A stretch of 56,759 nucleotides of DNA from a virus: IMG/VR virus record IMGVR_UViG_3300016484_000735, positions 78,418-135,176 of that record. One strand, 5' to 3'. How positions within the stretch are numbered: the first letter of the stretch is position 1; the number at the start of each line of letters is the position of its first letter. The position numbers and the translations under genes are program-made. Shown here piece after piece: positions 46,379-55,381 of the stretch. Under the pieces are notes generated by a model, which ran no database searches, was not told the origin of the DNA, and was given only the letters and a program-made list of their open reading frames with translations.

Positions 46379-47698
46379 ATGACGAACTTCGTACAAGTCC
46401 TCGACAAGTGCCGGAACGCTGGTGGTGCCGGCTCGAAGGCGGTGATTCAAGAAGCCCTGGGCTGGGCGGACGCCGAGGCCCGTGACCTGATCGAGGCCGC
46501 GCTGAACCCGTACCGCACGTTCGGTGTGAAGCAGTACGAGATGCCGACCACGTACGCGGCACCTGGCTACGCCAGCATCGGCCAGTTCCATGATCTTCTG
46601 CAGGCCCTCGAGTCGCGCTCGCTCACCGGCGATGCTGCACGAGCAGCCGTCACGAACACCCTGGCCCTGTATCCGAAGGACCTCGCCGAAGCCCTGACCT
46701 GCGTGCTGGACAAGGACCTGCGCGGTGGGTTCAGCGCGGACTCGGTGAACAAGGCCTGGAAGGCGAACCCGATCCCCGGTGATATGGAGCGTCGCCTGAT
46801 TCCGACGTTCGAGGTGATGCTCGCCGACAAGTGCGACGACACCGAGGACTTCGAGAAGTACGTCACGTTCCCGTGTCAAGCCGACTGGAAGTACGACGGT
46901 CAGCGCACGATCGCCATCGTCCGCCAAGGCCAGCAGGTCGAGTACCGTGCTCGTTCCGGGAAGCCCATGGATCACCTGATCGGCACGTACGATGCTGATC
47001 TCGCAATGATGCGCGAGCGCCTTGGGTACGACTTCGTCGTTGACGGCGAATCGTTCGCCGGTGACTTCACGACCACGATCAACGCGAAGAAGTCCGACAA
47101 CCAAGCAGCGAAGGACGCCCTCCGTCTGCGCGTGTTCTTCGTGATGCCGCTGACCGACTGGATGAACCAGCGCACCACGATCACGATGCGCCAGAACCGC
47201 GAAGCCCTGCCGGCGATGCTGGAAGGCTGCACGCGGATGGAGATCAGCAAGGGTCGCGAGGTCAAAGACTACTCGGACATGATCGAGTACTGCAACCACG
47301 TGATCGACGTGGAGAAGCAGGAAGGTCTGATCCTGAAGGACTGGGACGCCGTGTACACCTGGGATCGCACGTTCGCCTGGACGAAGGTGAAGCGGTTCTA
47401 TGATGTGGACGCGAAGGTCGTCGGATTCTACAAGGGGAAGCCGAAGACCAAGAACGCGAACCGCCTTGGCGGCATCAAGATCTGGGGTCGTCTGGAAGAT
47501 GGCACCGAGTTCGAAGCCGACTGCGGTTCGGGTTTCACTGACGCGCAGCGTGACGAGATCTGGGCGAACCAGGCGAAGTACCTCGGTATGACGGCTGTGA
47601 TCAAGTACCAAGAAGTTTCGAAGTCGAAGAACAAGGCGATGGCATCGCTGCGGTTCCTGACGTTCGAACACTTCCGTGACGACAAAATCGTGGAGTGA
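46379..47698 (+). CDS. lig: ATP-dependent DNA ligase
   Basis: KYDGQR, VVDGE, EGLILK, WTKVK, GSGFTD, FRDDK. Confidence 0.92.
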   Translation: MTNFVQVLDKCRNAGGAGSKAVIQEALGWADAEARDLIEAALNPYRTFGVKQYEMPTTYAAPGYASIGQFHDLLQALESRSLTGDAARAAVTNTLALYPKDLAEALTCVLDKDLRGGFSADSVNKAWKANPIPGDMERRLIPTFEVMLADKCDDTEDFEKYVTFPCQADWKYDGQRTIAIVRQGQQVEYRARSGKPMDHLIGTYDADLAMMRERLGYDFVVDGESFAGDFTTTINAKKSDNQAAKDALRLRVFFVMPLTDWMNQRTTITMRQNREALPAMLEGCTRMEISKGREVKDYSDMIEYCNHVIDVEKQEGLILKDWDAVYTWDRTFAWTKVKRFYDVDAKVVGFYKGKPKTKNANRLGGIKIWGRLEDGTEFEADCGSGFTDAQRDEIWANQAKYLGMTAVIKYQEVSKSKNKAMASLRFLTFEHFRDDKIVE

Positions 47699-47700
47699 TC

Positions 47701-47847
47701 ATGAAGGTCAGTGACAACATGCTGGGTGCGCTGGTCGCGATCGCATTGTTCGCGTACCTCGCCATTCAAGACTACGACAGAACGCAGGTGAAGATCGCTG
47801 AAGCGAAGGTCGCCGCGGCAGCGGCTTCGGCAACGGGGTGCAAGTGA
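47701..47847 (+). CDS. Small membrane protein (48 aa; not in the ORF track)
   Basis: MKVSDNMLGALVAIALFAYLAI...; TGATG coupling to the next gene. Confidence 0.55.
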   Translation: MKVSDNMLGALVAIALFAYLAIQDYDRTQVKIAEAKVAAAAASATGCK

Positions 47848-48083
47848 TGGGTGAAGAACTGATTCTCGAGATCGTCGCCTTCGTCGGTCTCACGATCGCC
47901 TTGTGGTTCGTGTTCGCGAACCTGTTCGTTTCGAAGTTCATGGATGACCCAGAGCTGTTCCCGGACGAGCCGCGGTACAAGATCTTCGACCTACCGATCT
48001 TCATTCGCGTCTCGATCCTGTGCGCTGCACTCACGTTCTCGATGCTGGCGTTCATGCTCGCTCCGATCCTGATGAGGTGGTGA
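47847..48083 (+). CDS. Small membrane protein
   Basis: Two TM segments. Confidence 0.6.
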   Translation: MGEELILEIVAFVGLTIALWFVFANLFVSKFMDDPELFPDEPRYKIFDLPIFIRVSILCAALTFSMLAFMLAPILMRW

Positions 48084-48086
48084 GCT

Positions 48087-48371
48087 ATGGGACGAGTGCT
48101 AGTCGTTGAGCACCTGTGCTCGATACAGGACGTGCGGAGGATCGTGAAGCACCTGAACCTGAAGCGGAACCAACCGTTCGGGTTCGAGGTCGAGGTCGAT
48201 GATCTTGGGCTGAAGGTGAACGATCTCTGGAAGCTGTGTGAGCGGGTTCCGCAGTTCTTCCAGACGCCACAGTTCACATCTGGCGGACGGTGGTGGAAGG
48301 CTCGGAACCCGTACCGCGACTACCCGGCCGGCACTGAAATGTTCCACGTCAGAGTGTACAAGCCAACCTGA
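48087..48371 (+). CDS. Hypothetical protein
   Basis: GGTGA RBS; packed ORF. Confidence 0.6.
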   Translation: MGRVLVVEHLCSIQDVRRIVKHLNLKRNQPFGFEVEVDDLGLKVNDLWKLCERVPQFFQTPQFTSGGRWWKARNPYRDYPAGTEMFHVRVYKPT

Positions 48372-48408
48372 GGGTGTAAATACCCCTGAAATACTGGGGT
48401 TGCCGATC

Positions 48409-48582
48409 ATGCGGCTATATGACTTCTCGATCTATGCCGAACGTCGCAAGTTGAAGAAGGCAGCTGAAGCCGTTGCGAACACCGCAACGGATCTTCAAAG
48501 ACCTGGGGCCGTGATTCAGCTGAAGACCGAGGTGCGACACTGGTTCGCACTGCACCAAGAAGTATCAAGGAAAGTGAAATGA
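48409..48582 (+). CDS. Hypothetical protein
   Basis: Follows TAAATA at 48377; ATGA overlap with the next gene. Confidence 0.5.
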   Translation: MRLYDFSIYAERRKLKKAAEAVANTATDLQRPGAVIQLKTEVRHWFALHQEVSRKVK

Positions 48583-49430
48583 AGTTCATCCGCGTCGCAT
48601 CCGATCTGCACCTCGAGGGCTTCGTTGGGCGCACGCCTGAACAGCTGGCTCAGTGGTTCCTGACGCCGGATGATCGCGACGCGGAGTCGGTCCTTGTGCT
48701 GGCTGGAGACATCTCGTCGCAACCGGATCAACTCGTTGAGTTCATCGCACACGTTCGCCCGCGCTTCCAAGAAGTGTTGTACGTGCCTGGGAACCACGAG
48801 TACTACCGCCAGCACTACCAAGATCTGAACGCTGCGCTGAACGTGGCACTGAAGGATCACGCGTACGTGGCAGCTGGAACAGTCGATGCGGTCACGATCG
48901 ATGGTGTTCGCTTCGTCCTCGGCACGCTCTGGGGTGACGGTGGTCCGACGCTCGCCGATCAGGCGCAGGTCGGGTTCTACCTGAACGACTTCCGCCTGAT
49001 CAAGTTCGAAGACCGTCGGTTCACCACCGGCGACATGATCGAGATTGCGAAGGAACAGCGCGCGAAGATCCGAACGATCCTCGAGCAGAAGTTCGATGGA
49101 CCGACGGTGGTCGTCACTCACCACATGCCGTCTCGTCGCCTCGTGTCTGGCCGATTCTGGCCGAAGGACGGTTCCGATGGTGCGAACGGTGGGTTCGTGA
49201 ATGACTGCGAGAACATCATCGCGACGCTCGAGCCGAACCTCTGGATCCACGGACACACGCACGACCAAATCGACACCGAGCTCTGGAACACCAAGATCGT
49301 GTGCCACCCGTGTGGGTACCGCGGTGAGTGGGGTTCAGAGTTCAACGAGGTGATGGAGATCGTTCGCGAGCCGAACACTCCGGCAAGCGTCCGTTCAGCA
49401 CCGATGTTCATCGAGGTCTCGGAGCTCTGA
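48579..49430 (+). CDS. Calcineurin-like metallophosphoesterase
   Basis: SDLH, LAGD, PGNHEYY, VTHH.P, IHGHTH. Confidence 0.92.
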   Translation: MKFIRVASDLHLEGFVGRTPEQLAQWFLTPDDRDAESVLVLAGDISSQPDQLVEFIAHVRPRFQEVLYVPGNHEYYRQHYQDLNAALNVALKDHAYVAAGTVDAVTIDGVRFVLGTLWGDGGPTLADQAQVGFYLNDFRLIKFEDRRFTTGDMIEIAKEQRAKIRTILEQKFDGPTVVVTHHMPSRRLVSGRFWPKDGSDGANGGFVNDCENIIATLEPNLWIHGHTHDQIDTELWNTKIVCHPCGYRGEWGSEFNEVMEIVREPNTPASVRSAPMFIEVSEL

Positions 49431-49840
49431 TGGCAGAAGTGATCGACTTCGCTGCAGCCGCAGGTAAGCGGAAGAAGCCGTCGATCACCGAGATCGTTGG
49501 GTACTGCACGGACGAGATCCTGCAGGACTGGGCACGGTTCGCCACGAACAACAAGCTCAACGAGTACTTCACGTCATGCATCCCGACGTACTGTCGGTTC
49601 GATGTGAACTACCTTGACGACCTCACTTCGCTCTCGTACATCGAAGCGAAGGCAAAGATCGACGTCCAAGTGATCTCGCCTGGGTTCCAGACGGAGAATG
49701 TTCTCGGGTGGATCGCTGCGACTCGCGTTCGCGGCGAGGTTGTTGCTACACCGCCGATGGTGAATGAGAACTACGCTCGGTGCTTCAACATCCTGCTGTA
49801 CCTGAAGGTAAAGCGAGAAGTGAACAAGCACGGATTGTAA
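49430..49840 (+). CDS. Hypothetical protein
   Basis: TGATG coupling. Confidence 0.65.
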   Translation: MAEVIDFAAAAGKRKKPSITEIVGYCTDEILQDWARFATNNKLNEYFTSCIPTYCRFDVNYLDDLTSLSYIEAKAKIDVQVISPGFQTENVLGWIAATRVRGEVVATPPMVNENYARCFNILLYLKVKREVNKHGL

Positions 49841-49896
49841 CGGAGTTCCGTTCGTTACAATTTAGTCTAGCACGGCTTCAAGGATCGTGTTATAGT
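49836..49896 (+). promoter_or_regulatory. Paired-box promoter, copy 8
   Basis: TGTAAC 49836, GTTACA 49854, TGnTATAGT at 49891. Confidence 0.75.
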
Positions 49897-49928
49897 AGTA
49901 CCATCGTCACCGTTTATGAACGCCGCTG

Positions 49929-50567
49929 ATGCAGTTCTACTACTTCACCACGACCATTGAGGAGGGCATGGCGCTCCTCGAGACGCCGAAGCCTGAGCGG
50001 GTGTTCAAGGGTCGCACGCTCAGTAACCCGAGTGGTGCTGAACTGTTCCTGCACCTCCACAAGACCGGTGGTCGCCTGAAGTGCTGGCACTGTGGTGTCG
50101 AGGCCTCGATGTTCATCGCGAACAAGGGTCAGCGCGACATTCCCGCGAAGTCGCCGATCCTGGACCTGTACGCCGTCGACAAGGTCGGCCGCCCGATCCT
50201 GATGACCCGTGACCACATCATCCCGAAGAGCTACGGTGGATCCGACGATGTTCGGAACCTGCGCGTCGGGTGCGGTCCGTGTAATCACGGACGAGGGAAC
50301 GGCATCGAGCCAGAGGACATCGCGTTCATGCGAGCGAACCCGGACCTGATCATGCCGTCGCGGATCCGGTTCACGGTGCCTGAAGGTGCCGAGACGGTGA
50401 AGAAGACCGAGGCGGCGAAGGGTCCTGCGATCACTGACGCTGAGCGGAAGGCGAAGCGAAGAGCAAAAGACCGAGCCCGCAAGAAACGAGCGAAGGCAAA
50501 GAAGGCAGCAGAGCGACTGGCCGAGAAGCAACGAGCACTCCATGAGCGAGAACCTCTCAGCGAATGA
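49929..50567 (+). CDS. HNH endonuclease
   Basis: CWHCG...TRDHIIPKSYGGSD...NL...C..CN..RG; basic C-tail. Confidence 0.85.
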   Translation: MQFYYFTTTIEEGMALLETPKPERVFKGRTLSNPSGAELFLHLHKTGGRLKCWHCGVEASMFIANKGQRDIPAKSPILDLYAVDKVGRPILMTRDHIIPKSYGGSDDVRNLRVGCGPCNHGRGNGIEPEDIAFMRANPDLIMPSRIRFTVPEGAETVKKTEAAKGPAITDAERKAKRRAKDRARKKRAKAKKAAERLAEKQRALHEREPLSE

Positions 50568-50796
50568 GATTGAAGCCCTTGACTGGCTGAAGTCAAAGGG
50601 TGGAGAAGTCCTGATCACTTCGGTGCCGGACAAGAACGAGCGAGACCACATCGGCGTCTTCACGCCGGGTCTCACGCTGTTCAAGAAGCTCGCAAAGAAA
50701 GGACTCGTGTACTTCACGATCGAGGATCCTCTGGTCCTTGACGATGGTACCGAGTTCGAGTTCACACAGGCAATCTGCCTTGGAGACGGATCATGA
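50542..50796 (+). CDS. Hypothetical protein
   Basis: Overlapping ORF. Confidence 0.6.
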   Translation: MSENLSANEIEALDWLKSKGGEVLITSVPDKNERDHIGVFTPGLTLFKKLAKKGLVYFTIEDPLVLDDGTEFEFTQAICLGDGS

Positions 50797-51158
50797 AAGC
50801 ACTGCACCCGACCAACAAGAACTTCATGGCAGTCGTGAACCACCGTCGGAACGAGTTCATCGAGATCGCGCACCGCATGGGCATCGGTCACACCGTGTAT
50901 CCATCGAAGCACTTCTTCGAACGAATCGTTGAGCGAGGTCTCGAGGCACTGGACGTTGCGTTCATGCTGGTCCCAGTGATCAAGGAGTTCAAGGGCACCA
51001 CATACAACCTCCGCACGTTCTGTGTACTGTGGAAGCAGTACAAGCTGGTTGCGATGATCACCACCGGCGTTGTGAGCGGGCAGCGTCGAATCGTCCTGAA
51101 GACCGTGTTCGAGAAGGACGTGAACGAAGCGGACTTCGACGTTGTCGTCACCGTGTGA
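50793..51158 (+). CDS. Hypothetical protein
   Basis: ATGA overlap; SKHF.ER..ER motif. Confidence 0.65.
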   Translation: MKALHPTNKNFMAVVNHRRNEFIEIAHRMGIGHTVYPSKHFFERIVERGLEALDVAFMLVPVIKEFKGTTYNLRTFCVLWKQYKLVAMITTGVVSGQRRIVLKTVFEKDVNEADFDVVVTV

Positions 51159-51190
51159 AAATACAGCATTAGGTGCTGAATAAAATCGCG
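51159..51190. repeat. 32-bp exact direct repeat, copy 2
   Basis: Identical to 20270-20301. Confidence 0.9.
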
Positions 51191-51193
51191 TTC

Positions 51194-51254
51194 GTTACAA
51201 GTTCAGGGACTGTTACACTTTCCCGATGTACAGATCCTAGGTTCGTGTTATAGT
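51194..51254 (+). promoter_or_regulatory. Paired-GTTACA promoter, copy 9
   Basis: GTTACA at 51194 and 51212; ATGTAC-17-TATAGT (51249). Confidence 0.75.
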
Positions 51255-51294
51255 ACAACCTATCGACAACGCCACAGCTTCTTCGGAGTACACG

Positions 51295-51519
51295 ATGTAC
51301 CAAAAGATCCACGACCACACCAGCCCTGCTTTCGCTGCGGGTGAGCGTTGGTACCTTGAAGACTGCGTTGAGTTCTGTGAGATCATCAGCGTCGACAAAA
51401 ACTTCAGCGACGGCCGGTTCTTCGTGAGCTACACGATGGACGGCTTCGACTTCCGTGAAGAACTCCAATCGTTCCAGATGACGTTCACGCACTCTCTGGA
51501 GCTGGGTCTGGATTCGTAA
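51295..51519 (+). CDS. Hypothetical protein
   Basis: GGAG RBS; has its own promoter. Confidence 0.7.
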   Translation: MYQKIHDHTSPAFAAGERWYLEDCVEFCEIISVDKNFSDGRFFVSYTMDGFDFREELQSFQMTFTHSLELGLDS

Positions 51520-51575
51520 CAATCCAGGCACTGTTACAACTTCCCAGTTTACAACCACGCAGGGCGTGGTACAAT
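51515..51575 (+). promoter_or_regulatory. Paired-box promoter, copy 10
   Basis: CGTAAC 51515, GTTACA 51533, GTTTAC-17-TACAAT (51570). Confidence 0.75.
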
Positions 51576-51599
51576 GTGAACATCACATCGAAACAGGAC

Positions 51600-52865
51600 A
51601 TGAACATGAGCGAAACCTTCGAAGTCGTTGAAACCCGGAAGCTGGCCAGCTTCCGTACCGTGGATGCCATCGAGCCGATCGAAGGCGCCGATGCGATCGA
51701 GCTCGCCGTCGTGGGTGGCTGGAAGGTCGTGACCAAGAAGGGCGAGTTCAAGGTCGGTGACCTGGCCGTGTACTTCGAGATCGACAGCTTCCTGCCGACC
51801 GGTGTTCCGGCTTGGCAGTTCCTGGTCGACAAGCAGAGCCGCACTCAGGGCGATGTCGTCGGTCACCGTCTGCGCACGATCAAGCTGCGCGGCCAGATCA
51901 GCCAAGGTCTGATCCTGCCGGTGGCTGCGTTCGGCGATACGCTGGCCGAGCTGGCGAAGCGCGACGATGTGTTCGACCTGAACCTGAACGAGGTCCTGAA
52001 CATCACGAAGTGGGATCCGCCGCTGCCTGCTCAGCTGGCTGGCCTGGCCGCTGGTCTGTTCCCGAGCTTCATCCAGAAGACCGACCAGGAACGTGCCCAG
52101 AACCTGAAGCCTGAGATCTTCCAGTACGACGACGTCGTGAGCCCGATCGACCTCACCGTCGAGCAAGCCGCCGAAGGCATCGCTGCTGGTCGTCTGACCG
52201 TGATCGACGGCGTCGTGCACACGATCCGCGCTGGCAAGGCGAAGCGTGGTGCGCGGTACGAAGTCACGATGAAGATGGACGGCAGCAGCGCCACGTTCTT
52301 CCACTACAACGGTGAAATCGGTGTCTGCAGCCGGAACCTGCAGCTGAAGACCACCGACGAGAACAAGGAGAACAGCTTCGTCCGGATGCTGTTCGACAGC
52401 GGCCTGAACTGGGCGATGGAGAAGTACGGGAACATCGCGATCCAAGGCGAGCTCATGGGTCCGGCGATCCAAGGGAACCGTGAGAACCTGAAGGACTTCC
52501 GTCTGTACGTGTTCGACATCCAGCTGCTGGACGAAGGTCGCAAGGCCACGGCCGCCGAGCGGTACGCGATCCTGAGCGACATGATCAGCCGTGGCGTGAA
52601 CCCGAACAAGGTGTTCATCGCTCCGATCCTGGTCGCCGTCGAAGGTGCGAAGCTGAAGTTCGTGGATCACCTGACCGAACTGAATCAGGCCCGCACCTTC
52701 AGCCTGGAAGAACTGGGTCTGGACACGATGGAGAAGCTGCTGGCTTTCGCCGAAGGTCCGAGCCTGGTTCACGCCGTCCGCGAAGGCCTGGTGTACAAGC
52801 GCGAAGGTGACCAGTTCAGCTTCAAGACGATCAGCAACGCTTACCTGGCGAAGGAGAAGGACTAA
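51600..52865 (+). CDS. RNA ligase, DRB0094/DraRnl-type, with N-terminal OB domain
   Basis: RKLAS...PIEGAD.IE...V.GW.VV, KLRGQISQGL, FP.FI.KTDQER.QN, KMDGSS, QGELMG, EGLVYK, FK.ISN.YL. Confidence 0.9.
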   Translation: MNMSETFEVVETRKLASFRTVDAIEPIEGADAIELAVVGGWKVVTKKGEFKVGDLAVYFEIDSFLPTGVPAWQFLVDKQSRTQGDVVGHRLRTIKLRGQISQGLILPVAAFGDTLAELAKRDDVFDLNLNEVLNITKWDPPLPAQLAGLAAGLFPSFIQKTDQERAQNLKPEIFQYDDVVSPIDLTVEQAAEGIAAGRLTVIDGVVHTIRAGKAKRGARYEVTMKMDGSSATFFHYNGEIGVCSRNLQLKTTDENKENSFVRMLFDSGLNWAMEKYGNIAIQGELMGPAIQGNRENLKDFRLYVFDIQLLDEGRKATAAERYAILSDMISRGVNPNKVFIAPILVAVEGAKLKFVDHLTELNQARTFSLEELGLDTMEKLLAFAEGPSLVHAVREGLVYKREGDQFSFKTISNAYLAKEKD

Positions 52866-52902
52866 GTCCTTCTTCCCGAGGTAAAACGATCAAGGAACAG
52901 CA

Positions 52903-54033
52903 ATGAACATCACGATGATCTGGTTGATGGCGATCCCGCTCGTCATCGGTGCAGGTGTCTGGTACGTCCTGAAGGACCGATTCAGCGATGCGTGGATCCC
53001 GGCGCTGGCGAACGCCGGTGTCGGCATCGTGATGCTGTTCGCAGCGTTCTACGGTGCTCGCGGTGTCGCCACCGCCGATACCGAGATCTGGAACGGTCAC
53101 GTCACCGGCAAGACCCGTGACCACGGCTCGTACGAGGAGTCGTACGACTGTAACTGCCGCACTGTGACTCGCACCGTTGGCTCTGGCAAGGACCAACGAA
53201 CGGTGTCCGAGACGAAGTGCGACACGTGCTACCGCACGCACTACACTGTGAAGTGGGACTGCCAGACGACGCTCGGCACGATCCGAGTTGCAGATGAAGA
53301 CTCGCTCTCCTCGTCTGTGTACATGACGCCGGACCCGCAACGGTACCGGAACATCGTGATCGGCGAGCCTGCCTCGAAGACTCACATGTACACGAACTAC
53401 ATCCAGGCGGTGCCGGACTCGTTGTTCAAGCCTGCGGCTGAATCGCTGAAGGCGAAGTTCGCTGGACTGATTCCGCAGTACCCGCTCGGGATCTACGAGA
53501 TGTACAAGATCGACCGGTTCCTGTCGCCTGGGTACTCGATCCCCGAGGCGAAGCTCTGGAGCCAGGACATCTCGAAGATGCTGATCGATCTGGGTCCGAA
53601 GAAGCAAGTGAACGCGATCGTCGTCGTGGCGAAGACCGATGACCCGAACTACGAGTACGCTCTGCGGGACGCTTGGGAAGGTGCGAACAAGAACGATGTG
53701 GTCCTCGTGATCGGTTCGAAGGAGTATCCGAAGATCGACTTCGTCCGAGTGATCAGCTGGACGAAGAGTGAGCTGTTCAAGAACGAACTCCGTGATGCGG
53801 TGATGGACATCGGCGAGGTCCGTCGTGAGCCGATCCTGACTGCTCTGAACACTCAGATCTCGAAGAACTTCGAACGCCGTCGGATGCGTGAGTTCCAGTA
53901 CCTGGAGGCCGAGATCGACCCGCCGCTGTGGGTGATGGTCACGACGATCGTCCTGCTGCTCGCCATCGGTGCCGGCACCGTGTTCTACATCCAGAAGCAG
54001 ACTCGGTTCATGTCCCGTCGATACCGCCGCTGA
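52903..54033 (+). CDS. Membrane protein with Cys-rich hairpin and TPM-like periplasmic domain
   Basis: N- and C-terminal TMs; CNC..CDTC; W.G..KNDVVLVIG. Confidence 0.7.
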   Translation: MNITMIWLMAIPLVIGAGVWYVLKDRFSDAWIPALANAGVGIVMLFAAFYGARGVATADTEIWNGHVTGKTRDHGSYEESYDCNCRTVTRTVGSGKDQRTVSETKCDTCYRTHYTVKWDCQTTLGTIRVADEDSLSSSVYMTPDPQRYRNIVIGEPASKTHMYTNYIQAVPDSLFKPAAESLKAKFAGLIPQYPLGIYEMYKIDRFLSPGYSIPEAKLWSQDISKMLIDLGPKKQVNAIVVVAKTDDPNYEYALRDAWEGANKNDVVLVIGSKEYPKIDFVRVISWTKSELFKNELRDAVMDIGEVRREPILTALNTQISKNFERRRMREFQYLEAEIDPPLWVMVTTIVLLLAIGAGTVFYIQKQTRFMSRRYRR

Positions 54034-54113
54034 ACCTAGGAACAGACATGCCTGCCGAAGGTCAGGTACAGTAAAATCACCTTCACCTCACTACTCACTC
54101 AAAGGTAATCGCA

Positions 54114-54695
54114 ATGAAGAAGCAAGTTCGTGGTCTGTCGACCACCGGTGTTCTGGGTCTGGTCGGCGCTGGTGCCGTCGCTCTGATGGTCGTCGGCAGC
54201 TACATCAGCGCCGCGAACCAAGGGAACCGACTGGAGGTCGCGATCTCCGCGAAGTACCAGGACAACGAGAATGTGTACGCGAACGGCACCCAGAAGGTGA
54301 TGGAGATCGCCCAGGTGCCGGCGATGATGGCCGACGACCTGGCCCGCGTCACCCGTGAAGCGATCGGCGGCCGTTACGGTGCGAACGGCTCGCAAGCCGT
54401 GTTCCAGATGCTGCGTGAACAGAACCCGCAGCTCGACGCTTCGATGTACCGCAAGATCCAGACCGTGATCGAGTCGTTCCGCGACGAGTTCAAGAACTCG
54501 CAGACCCAGCTGCTGGACCAGTGCCGGAACTACGAGACCCTGCGCGGGAACGTGTGGTCCGGGTTCTGGCTGAACCTGGCCGGGTACCCGAAGAAGGACA
54601 TCAACAAGATGTGCACGATCGTGACGACCGAGAAGGCTCGTCAGACCTTCGAGACGAAGCGCGACACCGGCATCCAGCTGCGTCCGGCCCACTGA
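54114..54695 (+). CDS. LemA-like membrane-anchored helical protein
   Basis: Single N-terminal TM; E.NP.L....Y...Q..IE..R..F...Q......Y.......W.......GY. Confidence 0.6.
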   Translation: MKKQVRGLSTTGVLGLVGAGAVALMVVGSYISAANQGNRLEVAISAKYQDNENVYANGTQKVMEIAQVPAMMADDLARVTREAIGGRYGANGSQAVFQMLREQNPQLDASMYRKIQTVIESFRDEFKNSQTQLLDQCRNYETLRGNVWSGFWLNLAGYPKKDINKMCTIVTTEKARQTFETKRDTGIQLRPAH

Positions 54696-54720
54696 TCACG
54701 TCACGAACAAGGAGAACCAC

Positions 54721-55371
54721 ATGGGTTTCATGGACTCACTGAAGGGAGTGATCTGGAACGATCCGGCCGCTGCTCCCGCCGCTTCGACGAAGCCGACCGC
54801 AGCCGCGGCTGTGCCTGGAACCGCACCAGCTCTCGCCGCTGCACCTGGTCTGAACACCGAGATGCTCGCCGCGATCAAGAAGGCAGTGTTCGGCCGGAAC
54901 ACCGCGTACACCCAGCTGCTCACTGCGGCTGAAGCACTGGCCGACGTGATCCCGGATCCGACGATGCGTCTGAAGGCTGCTCACAAGACCGGCGCCGCTG
55001 GTCGCACCGTGCAGCAGATCACAGCCGCAGTCGATGTGCATCTGCAAGACGTCGACGGCGAGGAGCTCCGCTTCAAGACGATGCTCGACCAGAAGGCACA
55101 AGAGGTCGGTGGGAACCTGAAGCGACAGTCGGAAGTTGCTCGCGGGCAGGCCACCGCCGCTGCAGCAGAGATCGAACGTCTGCAACAGCGGATCACCGAA
55201 CTCACGACCGCGATCGCTGAGCAGAACACGCTGGCCGCTCAGGCCGATGCTTCGTACAACGAGCACACCGCTGGTTTCGCGAAGACCGAACAAGAATTCA
55301 AGGCCGCTGCACAAGCAGTTCGCGCCGAGCTGATCGCTGGGAAGACCGCAATCAGCACCACCCTGGCTTAA
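54721..55371 (+). CDS. Coiled-coil protein
   Basis: AAGGAG RBS; amphipathic N-terminus, Ala/Pro linker, long coiled coil. Confidence 0.75.
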   Translation: MGFMDSLKGVIWNDPAAAPAASTKPTAAAAVPGTAPALAAAPGLNTEMLAAIKKAVFGRNTAYTQLLTAAEALADVIPDPTMRLKAAHKTGAAGRTVQQITAAVDVHLQDVDGEELRFKTMLDQKAQEVGGNLKRQSEVARGQATAAAAEIERLQQRITELTTAIAEQNTLAAQADASYNEHTAGFAKTEQEFKAAAQAVRAELIAGKTAISTTLA

Positions 55372-55381
55372 GGAGGTCATC

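Noticed and set aside
13984-51575. GTTACA repeats as a CRISPR array
   Set aside because: They are dispersed, degenerate and tied to -10 elements; there is no repeat-spacer periodicity and no cas genes.
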